Assembly (NCBI GenBank): GCA_963707985.1
Contig: CAVPRW010000042.1
Span: 224,001 to 288,000, forward strand
Reading direction: 5' to 3'
DNA from: an uncultured Nitrospinota bacterium
GTDB taxonomy: Bacteria; Tectomicrobia; Entotheonellia; J063; CAVPRW01
DNA length: 64,000 nt
The translations under genes and the position numbers were made by a program. Of the stretch, positions 1 through 10,301 are shown one piece after another. The notes under the pieces were generated by a model. The model had not been told where the DNA came from and did no database searches. It saw nothing but the letters and a program-made list of their open reading frames with translations. The number at the start of each line of letters is the position of its first letter. The stretch's first letter is position 1.

Positions 1-218
1 CACTGCCGGCTATGCCAATTCAGGCGCTGACCCCGCGTGAGATCGAGGTGCTGAGCATGCTGGCTGAGGGGCTAGGCAATAAGGCTATCGCCTGGCGGTT
101 GGACATCTCCGAGCACACTGTCAAGTTTCATGTCGGATCCATCCTTGCCAAGCTCAACGCTGCCAGCCGCACCGAGGCCGTGACGCTCGGTATCCGGCAA
201 GGTTTGATCATGCTCTAG
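1..218 (+). CDS. NarL/LuxR-family response regulator, C-terminal HTH (5'-truncated by window edge)
   Basis: [43 protein letters not shown] is a LuxR HTH signature; the frame is open to the window start. Confidence 0.9.
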   Translation, partial: LPAMPIQALTPREIEVLSMLAEGLGNKAIAWRLDISEHTVKFHVGSILAKLNAASRTEAVTLGIRQGLIML

Positions 219-479
219 AGAAACGCACTGGCGAGCGAGCCCTCTAAAGGGGATGGTGTAGCACACCAGATCAGAGGCCGAAAGGTCACTGCCCTCTCTG
301 TTGAACGGTGCCATGGGAGAAATAGCCCGCTTTGCACGTGGCGGCGCCAACGCGTCATCAAGACGCAGTCTCGCTCCCACTCCGAGGTGGCCGACCTGGA
401 CAATTGCCACCGGCTGTTGGGTGCAGCCACTGCATAGGTACAGCCAGGAGCTATGGGAACTTGTCACACAGCCTCTAGG

Positions 480-2585
480 TCACGGTACGGTAGGGACGAA
501 GAGGAAATCTCCTGATTCATGCCCAGCGAACTTGATCGGTGCATACTGAGGCACCTGCTCCAATGGTCCCTGGTCTGTCATCACAGCGGACGCGGCATAG
601 GCGACTCGGGCCGAGACCTCTTGATACACACGTTGCCCTTCAAGAATCTCGTTGTTTCCTCGGAGTACATCTAAGAAAGCTTTGGCAAACACAGAGTGTT
701 TCCCGCCTCCGCTATCCAAAACCGGCTTGAGGTCGCCAGCGGTCAGTACGGTACGCGAACGTTTCTCCGCCATGGTTTTCAGCCAGTGATAGCGGGCCTC
801 GTCGGACATACCAGCCTCGAGACGGGCGAGCGATGAGCGAGTTAATGCGCCGGCGTAGCAGGTATCAGCAACTACCAGCACATGCTTAGCCGATATTGCG
901 CCGATGATATCGGTGATCGCAATGGTGGAGATCCAATTCGCATTGCTGTCGACTTCCCCGTCGATTGGTATCCAGTAACCACGCCCAATCTTGTCATCTA
1001 ACTGGCCATGCCCGGCGTAATAAATTAAGAAATTATCCTTTTCGGTTAACTCCTTCCGGGCTTCATTGAGGGCTCGGAGGATATCATAGCGGGTAGCGTT
1101 GAGGAGCACCGTCGTCTTGAAGCCATATTTCTGTCTGAGCACATCGGCGGTTTCCTTGGCATCCAGCTCCGGTGTGACTAGCCTCGGCCAGGATATATAT
1201 TGCTTATTGGCGATGATCAAAGCCTGAAAGTTTCCAAACTCCGCCGCGGGCGGTACCGATTTTTTTGGCACCACGGGGGACGAAACAGGTTGTGCCTTTG
1301 CCTCGCTGAGCGGTTCCTCTGCTGCGAGCAAGAACTCCACATTGGCGCGTTTCCCCTGGTTGTCGATGGCCACAATTGTCACAGGAACGCTGGAGCGTTG
1401 CACGGGTATCTGCATACGAAAGAGGCCATTTCCCTCGATTTCCTTCTGGCGATCATTGACGGTAAATGCCAACAACCCAGCGGGAGCGGTCACCTTGCCT
1501 ACGATCAAACGCTCGATGCCTGAGCGCGTTTGCACCCGCGGGGTACCATCGCGTGTCAACAGCGGCGGGTCGATCAGCTCTATCGTCGGACCGGGAAGCG
1601 CGACTTGTTGCTCGTTCACCTGCACGAGCTGCTTGCGACGCTGTTCGGCTTCAGCCTCCAACTGGGCCACTTGTTGGCGCAGTTGGGTCATTTGCTGATC
1701 TTGGCGCGCGAGACCGGCCTCCCTCTGCCTGAGTTGCTCTTCCAGTTTTCCGACCTCAGCGTTATCCGATGCGGCTGCCGTCAGTTCCTGGCGGGCTTTG
1801 GCCAATAGTTGCCGTGCAGCCTCGGCGTCGTCTGCTCGCTTCTCCAATTCCCCCCGTTCGTGTTCCAATTGCGCTCGGCTATACGCCAGTTGTTGCCGGA
1901 GGGATTCCGACTCTCGTGTCCTGCGATCGACCTCTCGTCTGAGCTCCTTCAACTCCTCGCTGGCTTTGGTATTGATGCTCGCCGGATCAATAGCGATGGC
2001 AGAACGTAGGCCAGAAGCCTTGCGGTACCAATCCAATGCCGTCATGGGGTCTTTCTCTACACCTAGGCCCTTTTCGTACAGATACCCAAGGTTAATTTGC
2101 GCGCGTTCGTAGCCTTGCTCAGCAGCATTCCGATACCATTCGGCGGCGAGAACATAATCGGGCTGAACCCCCAGGCCTTTCTCGTAGATTTCTCCTACAT
2201 ACGTTTGGGCGACCTTGTCCCCTTCCTTCGCCTGTGGTAACCAAACTTTCAAGGCCGTAGCATAATCACTTCGGTCATAGGCCACATATTCTCCTCCCCT
2301 GATCTCACAATCTTGTGCTGCGGTTTTGATGGGTCGCCGCGGAGTTAGGTAGACCATCGAACGTCCCAGTTTTCTGATCTGACCAGGGAGAAGGCAATCC
2401 ACCACCAACAACTCATCCGCACTTCGGGGTTGAGAGGTGGATGAGCCAGGCATTGACTGACCCATTTCATTGACAGTGCTACATCCGAACGAAAAAAACA
2501 GCAGGCCAATAATAAACGGGAAACCTACTCGTGTTGGTAGACGATAGGCAGAAGAAAATCTCCCGCGCACAGCAGTGCTGCACAT
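480..2585 (-). CDS. Caspase-family (peptidase C14) protein with Sel1 repeats and coiled coil; probable lipoprotein
   Basis: Hydrophobic N-terminus ending FSFGC (lipobox-like); Sel1 repeats (GEIYEKGLGVQPDY, LGYLYEKGLGVEKD); long Glu/Gln/Arg coiled coil; catalytic dyad motifs YYAGHG and ADTCYAG. Exact start uncertain. Confidence 0.88.
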   Translation of the reverse strand: MCSTAVRGRFSSAYRLPTRVGFPFIIGLLFFSFGCSTVNEMGQSMPGSSTSQPRSADELLVVDCLLPGQIRKLGRSMVYLTPRRPIKTAAQDCEIRGGEYVAYDRSDYATALKVWLPQAKEGDKVAQTYVGEIYEKGLGVQPDYVLAAEWYRNAAEQGYERAQINLGYLYEKGLGVEKDPMTALDWYRKASGLRSAIAIDPASINTKASEELKELRREVDRRTRESESLRQQLAYSRAQLEHERGELEKRADDAEAARQLLAKARQELTAAASDNAEVGKLEEQLRQREAGLARQDQQMTQLRQQVAQLEAEAEQRRKQLVQVNEQQVALPGPTIELIDPPLLTRDGTPRVQTRSGIERLIVGKVTAPAGLLAFTVNDRQKEIEGNGLFRMQIPVQRSSVPVTIVAIDNQGKRANVEFLLAAEEPLSEAKAQPVSSPVVPKKSVPPAAEFGNFQALIIANKQYISWPRLVTPELDAKETADVLRQKYGFKTTVLLNATRYDILRALNEARKELTEKDNFLIYYAGHGQLDDKIGRGYWIPIDGEVDSNANWISTIAITDIIGAISAKHVLVVADTCYAGALTRSSLARLEAGMSDEARYHWLKTMAEKRSRTVLTAGDLKPVLDSGGGKHSVFAKAFLDVLRGNNEILEGQRVYQEVSARVAYAASAVMTDQGPLEQVPQYAPIKFAGHESGDFLFVPTVP

Positions 2586-2728
2586 TTTACACCTCGACTG
2601 TCCCGTAATGGATCAGCCATGAATTTCTCATAATACCTAACGAGTGTAATCACGCTGACCGCTGGTGCAGATTTTCTCTCCATCTTTGACAGGCTTGCAA
2701 AACAAGCAATGTCTCGTTGCGTGAGCAA

Positions 2729-4366
2729 CTAGAACGCAAGCCGAACCCCCAATATGATCTCATTCTGGGCTGTATGTGCCAGGGCCAAAGCGGTTTGGTA
2801 GTAGATAAAGGCGGACTTTCCTCCTTGAAACACTGCTGACAGACCGAGACCCAGGTTGAAAAAGTTCTCGCCTGGACCGTCGGTCCGGATATCAAGCGGC
2901 TGCTTGCTAGGGTCATTCACATAGTTAGCGGCAATCAGGCGACCGTTATTCAAAAATTCATGCACCCATTCAAACAGCAGCTGTGGCACGAACACCGCCA
3001 CTTGTGTACTGTATGCATAGATGACCTGGCCACCGAGAGCAGTAGTCAACGACTCTACAATTTGGTCGCGAAACTCCAACGCCAGCCCGAAGCCGGGGTC
3101 GGTATTATTGATGCTTTCCCTAAACCCATTGATATCTAACTTGAAATAGTTCAGTCGACCATATGGCACAAAGGTAAATCCACCACTCCGAAACTCATAG
3201 CCGCCACCAACCCCCAGAGAATAGTTGGTGCCATCAGTGTCCCCATTAGCTGTTTGGTTCACCTGTGTTGTCATTCCGGGGATTGGTACTCCTTGTGGAG
3301 TGGTGCTTGGAATTGAGTATATGATATTGCGCTTGGAATCAAAGGTATTCCAGCCAATCGTCACAATGCCATCGACATAGAATCGCTCAAAATAATAGGT
3401 GCCATAGAGCGAGCCACTATACTGATTGGTATCCAAGCTACCACCCGAAGTGTCGAGATCAGCATCTGTGGAGGCATAGCCGAAAGCCCCGCCCAGAATA
3501 AAATTATTGGTGAACCGATAGTCAATACCTGCGGTTGTCCCAAGAGTATGGAAGTCAAAACCAGCTTCCCTATCGGTCCGGTCTCTATCACCCAGAGAGA
3601 AGTTCCCGTTCGCGAACACTCCGAGCCTGTCGAAAACACTTGATTTACCAGAACTCCCCATGCCATCGTTTTTGCTCTGCGCTAGCAGATCGGCCAACAC
3701 CACGCCGGGAGCGGTTTTCGGACTTGTAGGAGCCTCAAATTTGGGGAAAATAGTCGGCGCATCAGCATTCGTAGTTTCATGACCTTCGTTGTCTGGCAAC
3801 AGGCTGGCGAGCATCGTTCCAGGCAGTGTCTTCCCATTCAGATTAAAGGATAACCCTCGAATGCTTATGCCCATCGCCCCTCCACGTAGGGCCGCGAGAC
3901 GCGCACCGATATTGGTGCTCTGCCCTCTCGCGGAATTGACTTCACTGGTCCCTTGGGAGGGAGTTTTGTACGACGAGGCCTGAAGAAGCGGATTCAATGT
4001 CGCCTGCTGCGTCGCTGGATTCGTACCATTAACGACCATTTCCGTGCAGCGCCGTTGTAAATCCCCTTTTGCACCTGTGGTGGGATCTAACTTTGGACAA
4101 AGGGTGCCAATAGCAACACCTGTCGCATTGATTGGTGGAGTGCCACCAGGGATAGAACTCAAACTCTCGGCAGGATTCTGAGCCAGAGCTGGTGTCACCA
4201 TGTAGGGGCCGAAGACAAATACTAAGGCGAATGACATCACGCTAACTAAGGAGACCGGATTACTCTCTATCTTCAGCGGCACTCGTTGGAGCATCCGGTT
4301 GCAAAGAATACACAACCTTAGCATCAGCCGTCCTGGCTCGAACGGTGAAGGTATACTTCCGAGCAT
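2729..4366 (-). CDS. Autotransporter-type outer-membrane beta-barrel protein with short Cys-pair passenger
   Basis: Signal-like segment ending PALA; alternating beta-strand pattern (GTTAGIDYRF, GGAFGY, YSGSLYGTYY, LFEWVHEF); terminal aromatic residue (VRLAF). Confidence 0.85.
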   Translation of the reverse strand: MLGSIPSPFEPGRLMLRLCILCNRMLQRVPLKIESNPVSLVSVMSFALVFVFGPYMVTPALAQNPAESLSSIPGGTPPINATGVAIGTLCPKLDPTTGAKGDLQRRCTEMVVNGTNPATQQATLNPLLQASSYKTPSQGTSEVNSARGQSTNIGARLAALRGGAMGISIRGLSFNLNGKTLPGTMLASLLPDNEGHETTNADAPTIFPKFEAPTSPKTAPGVVLADLLAQSKNDGMGSSGKSSVFDRLGVFANGNFSLGDRDRTDREAGFDFHTLGTTAGIDYRFTNNFILGGAFGYASTDADLDTSGGSLDTNQYSGSLYGTYYFERFYVDGIVTIGWNTFDSKRNIIYSIPSTTPQGVPIPGMTTQVNQTANGDTDGTNYSLGVGGGYEFRSGGFTFVPYGRLNYFKLDINGFRESINNTDPGFGLALEFRDQIVESLTTALGGQVIYAYSTQVAVFVPQLLFEWVHEFLNNGRLIAANYVNDPSKQPLDIRTDGPGENFFNLGLGLSAVFQGGKSAFIYYQTALALAHTAQNEIILGVRLAF

Positions 4367-4890
4367 GTTCCTTCTCCCCTTGCGCTATCAGCTGTCGTCA
4401 CCAAACCGCTGGGTTGTGGCCAGAGCGGCATTGATTATTTGCGGAGCTTGAGAACCTGCGCGTGCCACCTTCCCTCATTTTAAGCTTAAGCGGATTGCCA
4501 CTTAAATGGGATTCCACCTCTCGATGAAGCGTGAGGTACCTGAAAAACGGGCATTTCCTTCCTCCATCAGATATTGTCATCGCCCAGCCTTCTGCCAGGA
4601 GGGAACGTGCAGTCAGGGGGATTGAGCGGTCGACGGTATAACACTGAACATTGTCTGCAAAACCATTGATTGCTAAGAGTTTGCCGGGAAGTCCCCTATG
4701 TGAGGGTGGGCGCAGTATATTTTCCGCGCCCCCAGTTTGCAACAAAAAAGCACATCGAGGGCCAACATGTATGGGATTGGGTGGTTGGGAACACTTGACT
4801 TTTTATAAGGTCGCCAGTAGGGTGACATCATGGTAATGCTGTGGAGAACTTGTGCAAATGACCAGGTAATTCCTAAAGGTAAATCCTTCG

Positions 4891-5905
4891 ATGGAAGGAC
4901 TTACGCACCTCAATTCTCCCGTAACAGAGTTGATGCAAGTCACGCAGGCACGTCTCGCGCGTTTCCCCTCTTGGCAATGCGTAGCAACGCTCCTCTTTAT
5001 TTATAGTCCTGGAACTCTCTTCATGTTGTCTTTTGACCCGGCATTTGCGGTCTCTCCTGCTGTCTCAGACGTTTCATCTCCGGAGCAATACTTGGCGCAG
5101 GGCTGGCAATGGTTCCAGCAGGGCACCTTCGACCAGGCGTTTACCAGTTGGATGGAGGCTGCCCACTTATACGGGCGCGTTGGCAAACCCAACAAACAGG
5201 CTGAAGCGCTGCGCTACCTCTCTCAGGCCTATCAGTCAATTGGCCAGTACAGGCAGGCCTTGCAAAACCTCGAATCCGCGCTTGCTCTGATCGAGAAGTC
5301 GGATGATCGGACGCAAATGGGCTCTGTCTTAGGCAGCATTGGTTTGGTAATGTATACATCACCACCGGGCCGCCTGAGACAGCCCATGAGTATTTGAGCG
5401 CAGGTCTTGGCATGGCATGGGAAATGGGAGATTCCTTGTCTCCCGTCTGGAAAAGGAGTTGAGGGATGAAGGGTTCACCATCGTGCATACCGCCTCTCAT
5501 GGACGATTCGAGGGCAACATCGCGAAGACGTTTCTGCGAACCTTCGACGGCAAAGTGACGATAGAGCGCCTCGATCAGTTTGTGGGCCTCTTTCGATTTC
5601 GCAACGAGGCTTTCGAATTGCTGGCGTTGAACGCCTGCGAGACCGCTGCGGGTGATGATCGTGCAGCGCTGGGCCTGGCTGGCCCAGCCGTCAAAGCAGG
5701 GGCTAGAAGCGCCCTTGCTACGCTGTGGCATATTAATGATCCAGCATCTTCAACTCTGATTGCAGAGTTTGACCGGCAACTCCGAGATCCATCGGTTTCC
5801 CGGGCTATCGCGCTGCAGCGTGCCCAATTGAACCGACTGCATGATCCCCGTTATCAACATCCAGGCTACTGGTCCCCGTGTTTGCTAATCGGCAACTGGC
5901 TGTAA
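4891..5905 (+). pseudogene. TPR-CHAT domain protein, frameshifted and internally deleted
   Basis: TPR helices at 4891-5430; TTGGT tandem duplication at 5339-5348 shifts the frame; only the C-terminal ~160 aa of CHAT remain (HTASHG, LNACETA, LATLWHIND, HPGYWSP). Confidence 0.8.
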
Positions 5906-5920
5906 AGGGAGTCATGCGCC

Positions 5921-7883
5921 ATGAGCTCCTTGCGTCGACTCCTACGATCCCCACTCGCCGCCAGCTTAGTGGCCAGCGCCCTAGTTTTTCTCTGTGTTAT
6001 GACCCTACGAAGAGCCGGCAGCTTCGAATCGCTTGAGCTTGCCGCCTACGACTGGTATATCCGCTTACGACCAGATGTTTCGGTGTTGGACTCTCGGATC
6101 GTTCTCATCGCTATCACGGAACGTGATATTCATCACCAGGGGCGCTGGCCACTCGCCGATGGCACTCTGGCGCAGGTGCTAGAGATGCTCACGCAGTACC
6201 GGCCACGCGCCATCGGTCTGGATATTTATCGGGACATTGTCGTCCCGCCGGGGCGTGAAGAACTTGATGCGCTTTTGACTGGCAATCGCCATATCATTAC
6301 AGTGACGAAATTAGGGGAAGGGGGGTCGGATGGCATACCGCCTCCCCCTGTGCTTCGGGATACAGATCAGGTCGGCTTCAGTGATATCGTCGTCGACCGT
6401 GGTGGTATTGTGCGTCGGGGTCTGCTCTTCCTGGATGATGGCGAAAGAGTCGCCTATTCCCTTCCCCTGCGGTTGGCGCTGCTGTACTTGCAGGCAGCAG
6501 GCATCAGGCCGCAACCTGACCCAGCCAATCCACAGCATATCCGCCTGGGACACACGACCATACGGCCGCTTGAAATGAATGATGGCGGATATGTCGGCGT
6601 GGACGCGCGAGGGTATCAATTTTTGCTCGATTTTAAGGATGCGCGAGGAGCATTCCCATCCTTTTCCCTGACGACGCTGCTGGCCGGGGAGATCAATCCA
6701 CAGGCGATCAAAGATAAAATTGTGCTTGATCGGAGTCACCGCTGAAAGTGTGAAAGACTTTTTCTACACACCGTACAGCCGAGGACTGCAAACCGATCAA
6801 CAGATGGCGGGGATCGAATTACACGGGCACATTGTTAGTCAATTGCTCAGATTCGCGCTTGACGGTAACTCGCCTGTAGCAACCGCGAGCGACCTGCATG
6901 AAGAGGCATGGATCCTGCTGTGGAGCCTGATGGGCGGGGCGATTGGCCTTTGGGTGCGCTCCCCCTGGCGCTTTGTGCTATTGGCCGGAAGCGGCCTGCT
7001 GCTTCTCGCACTCATTGCCTATGTCGCCTTTTTAACTGGATGGTGGATTCCATTAGTACCGCCCGCCATGGCCTGGCTGATCTCTGCGGCTGTCGTCACC
7101 GCCTATATGTCGAATCAAGAAAAGCGACAGCGGGCACTCCTGATGCAACTCTTTACGAAATATGTCCCCAACAAAGAGGTTGCGGAGATCATTTGGCAGC
7201 AACGGGACCAACTTTTGGACGGTGGCCGGCTGCGCTCGCAAAATTTAACCGCGACCGTATTATTCACAGATCTGAGGGGGTTTACCACGATAGCTGAAAG
7301 CCGCGACCCACAGGCGATCATGGATTGGTTGAATGCGTATATGGAAGCGATGGCCCAGCATGTGATTGACCATGGAGGCGTGATCGATAAGTACATAGGT
7401 GACTCCATCATGGCCATCTTTGGGGTGCCACTGCCTCGACAGACCGATGCTGAGATCAGCCGAGACGCAGCGAATGCCGTGAACAGCGCCCTGGAGATGG
7501 AGAGGAGTCTGAAACAGCTCAACAGCGCATGGCGGGAGCAGCATCTGCCGACTATCGGGATGCGTATTGGTATTTTCACCGGGCCTTTGGTGGCGGGTAG
7601 TCTGGGGAGCGCCCAGCGATTGGAGTACACGGTCATTGGGGATACCGTCAACACCGCCGCAAGGCTTGAGAGCTTTGACAAGGACCTGTTCGCCTTCGAT
7701 GATCTCAACAGTCCGTGCCGTATCATCATTGGCGAAGCCACGTTGCATCGGCTGGGTCACCAATTCGAGACACACCATCTTGGTGAGGTGAGCCTAAAAG
7801 GGAAAGACCAGAAGATAACCGTCTACGGCGTGATCGGGCGAGCCAACGACAGTTCCGACAAGGTGAGTCAGGAGGACAGGTGA
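5921..7883 (+). CDS. CHASE2-domain class III adenylate cyclase (1-bp frameshift near 6725, likely sequencing error)
   Basis: CHASE2 motifs (IVLIAITERDI, WPLAD, AIGLDIYRD); KIVL|IGVTA split across frames; 3 TM helices; cyclase motifs FTDLRGFT, DKYIGD, YTVIGDTVNTAARLE. Confidence 0.9.
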
Positions 7884-8647
7884 TGAGGCGCGCCAAAATG
7901 GCAGCCTGGATTATGATTGGAGGACTTACCTTCGTAATACCGTGGGCTAGTGTTGCATTGGATGATCAAAGCGGACAGCCAAGGCGACCAGGCATCAAAT
8001 CCCAAAACGAGCGTTCGGCAGCCGCTGCTGAAACGCCAGAGTATATACCCCCTGTACGCAGCGCGCCGGGAGGCCGCGTGGGAGGCAGCACCCGCGGGGC
8101 TGGCATGATGCCCCTTCTGTCCGCACTCGCGCCAGACCACACCGGCCTGACCGTCCAAGAACAGCCATCCTTATACTGGTACCTCGCAGGAGCGACGGGC
8201 TACCCCGTCGAATTCACCATCATCGACGATCGGTCTGTACAACCCCTCATAGAGACACGCATAAATGGCCCGATCCGACCCGGCGTGCAGCGCCTGCGGT
8301 TAGCCGATTATGGCATGCGGCTCTCGCCGGGTGTGCCGTATCGGTGGTCTGTGGCCCTGGTCGTCGATCCCGATAGCCGATCGAGAGACAACATGGCGGG
8401 TGGGGCCATCGAACGGATTGCGCCCTCGGCGGAGCTCCTCACGAAACTGACTCGAGCGGGCAAGGCGCAAGCTCCCAATGTCTATGCTGAAGCGGGACTA
8501 TGGTATGACGCTCTCAGCGCGATCTCAGACCTGCTCGACGCTGCCCCAAATGATCCGGTGCTCCGTCAAAAGCGTTCCTCGCTGCTGGAGCAGGTAGGTT
8601 TGCGGGAAATTGTTGAGCATGATGTACGTCGCAGTCGCACCCCATGA
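7880..8647 (+). CDS. DUF928 family secreted protein
   Basis: Signal peptide; APGGRVGGSTRG, GLTVQEQPSLYWY, YAEAGLWYDAL, LLEQVGL; overlaps the cyclase stop codon. Confidence 0.85.
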   Translation: MMRRAKMAAWIMIGGLTFVIPWASVALDDQSGQPRRPGIKSQNERSAAAAETPEYIPPVRSAPGGRVGGSTRGAGMMPLLSALAPDHTGLTVQEQPSLYWYLAGATGYPVEFTIIDDRSVQPLIETRINGPIRPGVQRLRLADYGMRLSPGVPYRWSVALVVDPDSRSRDNMAGGAIERIAPSAELLTKLTRAGKAQAPNVYAEAGLWYDALSAISDLLDAAPNDPVLRQKRSSLLEQVGLREIVEHDVRRSRTP

Positions 8648-8834
8648 GCATAGAGCATGCATGGGTCAAAACCCACCGAACCCGCGAACATGGGTGTGAT
8701 GAAGCTAGGCGACAGGTCACGATCCAACGCTCGAGAGGTCCTTCTGAATCGCCCTAAATCTCGGTGTCGCAGCGTGTAGGTGGAGACCATCCAGGGCTGC
8801 GGCCATCGAGTGGGGGAGCTAGGCCAGCTCCCGT

Positions 8835-9273
8835 TCACTGACAGGCGGGATGTTCCACGCCTTCCCCACCCGCGGTGAGGTGCCCCTGTCCACTGGTCGC
8901 CACCGCAGCCAGGACATTCGCCTGGTAGCCCAACGTGAGACCATCATAAGCCAAACCGAGGAAGGACAGAATCCGCTCCCCCATAGGGGACTTCTCCGAA
9001 CCACAACGTTCCAGCATTGGGAGGATTTGTATACGATTGTTCGAGCATCACTCCTGCTTGTGGTCCGCAGATATCCACTTGTATGGTAGTCGTAGTAAAG
9101 CGCGCACAGGTATACAGCGGTGGTGGTGACTGCTCGGGACCGACGGACACCGACAGGTCGTAGGTCTTCCCGGCGACCGCGGCATCTGCCCTCCCGGGGC
9201 CGAACCACCCGCCACTCAGCGCCACCACGCCCAGGAGGAGACTGGCCGGGTCGCGTAGAAACACATCTGACAC
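8835..9273 (-). CDS. Hypothetical small secreted protein (frameshift near 8980)
   Basis: Signal-like LLLGVVALSGGWFGPGRADA; protein-like sequence continues in a second frame (ILSFLGLAYDGLTLGYQ...HPACQ). Confidence 0.45.
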
Positions 9274-9436
9274 GCTGCGAACGTTCCCCCCAGGCCCACC
9301 AAACGCATCAGCGCGAATCTGGCTACCCTGATGGCTATGGCCTCCATCAGCCGTTAATTATCGTGTCAAGGCATTTTCAAAAAAGGCTATTGTTGTCGTA
9401 GATTGGGCAGGGAAAAACTGCGAATGCGGATTCTAG

Positions 9437-9685
9437 CGGGTGCTCACGTATGGCCCTGAGTTAGAGAAGCGATTTGGCATGAGCAAGCCGCCAGTGTGCA
9501 TAAGCTGGCTGTTGGGTGAGACGTCCATCAAGGTCGAAGGGTCGTAGAAATACCGCTATCGCTCGGTCCCCAAGGACACTGCCGACTTCTTGATGGCCAA
9601 CCGTCGCCACCATAACGCGGCTCATTGTTCGCTGGAAAAGGCGATGCGTAGTCACGGCACCCGAGAGAACATCGGTGTGGAATGA
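9437..9685 (+). mobile_element. IS6-family transposase relic
   Basis: Manual translation VLTYGPELEKRF..SWLLGETSIKVEGS*KYRYRSV..DFLM..LEKAMRSHG resembles the IS6 consensus (YAPELEKR..SWRVDETYIKVKGQWKYLYRAVD..DFLL); internal stop, catalytic D lost. Confidence 0.7.
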
Positions 9686-9789
9686 GGTCATGCAGATGAT
9701 CAAAAAGAGACAGGAACATGTGCTGAACATGCCGCCACCCCCGCCAGCCTCCCACCTGGCACGAGGATTTGACTTTGGTCATCCTTTGT

Positions 9790-10177
9790 GACACTGCTGG
9801 CGAAGTCCTTCGGGCACTGGTACGCTGCATCAGCGTCGTGCTGGTCTCAGGCCTATCGTTGGAGGTGTACGATGCTTCGCCCGATGCCGATCAAACCCAT
9901 CCCACCTGAAACGGCCCGTATCGCCAGGGCGGCATATCTCACAGGGAACCGGTACCTGCGGCTGGCCGATGAACTGGACGAGCTGTTCACGGATGGCGCC
10001 TTTCAAGCGCTGTTCCCCGCCCATGGACAACCCGCGCTGCCCCCGTGGCGGCTGGCGCTCGTCACGCTCCTGCAATTCGCGGAGGGGATCTCCGATCGCC
10101 TGAAACTCCTCAAGCGACAAAGTTATGGACGGGCTAGCTTTGCACTCGTACAGCAACGCGTCTTCCAGGTGGCATAG
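9790..10177 (+). mobile_element. Chimeric transposase relic: IS1182-family N-terminus (ATG 9872) fused to ISL3-family C-terminus
   Basis: PIPPETARIARAAY..YLRLADEL..GQPALPPWRLALVTLLQFAEGISDR (IS1182/DUF772-like) joined directly to RLKLLKRQSYGRASF (ISL3 tail); SD GGAGGT at 9861; possible left end GACACTGCTGGCGAA at 9790. Confidence 0.7.
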
Positions 10178-10301
10178 CGAGAGCAGGGGCTCACCTATGG
10201 GGCAGAGGGCTCTTGGTTGATACGCGCCACATGTGGCGCACGACTTCCCTGAAGACCTGGCCGACCTGCTGACGGATAGAGCGTGTCGCCATGGGAGATA
10301 G

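Noticed and set aside
236..300. Small hairpins including GGCC-GAAA-GGTC after the response regulator
   Set aside because: No match to c-di-GMP or other riboswitch consensus; lies between convergent genes
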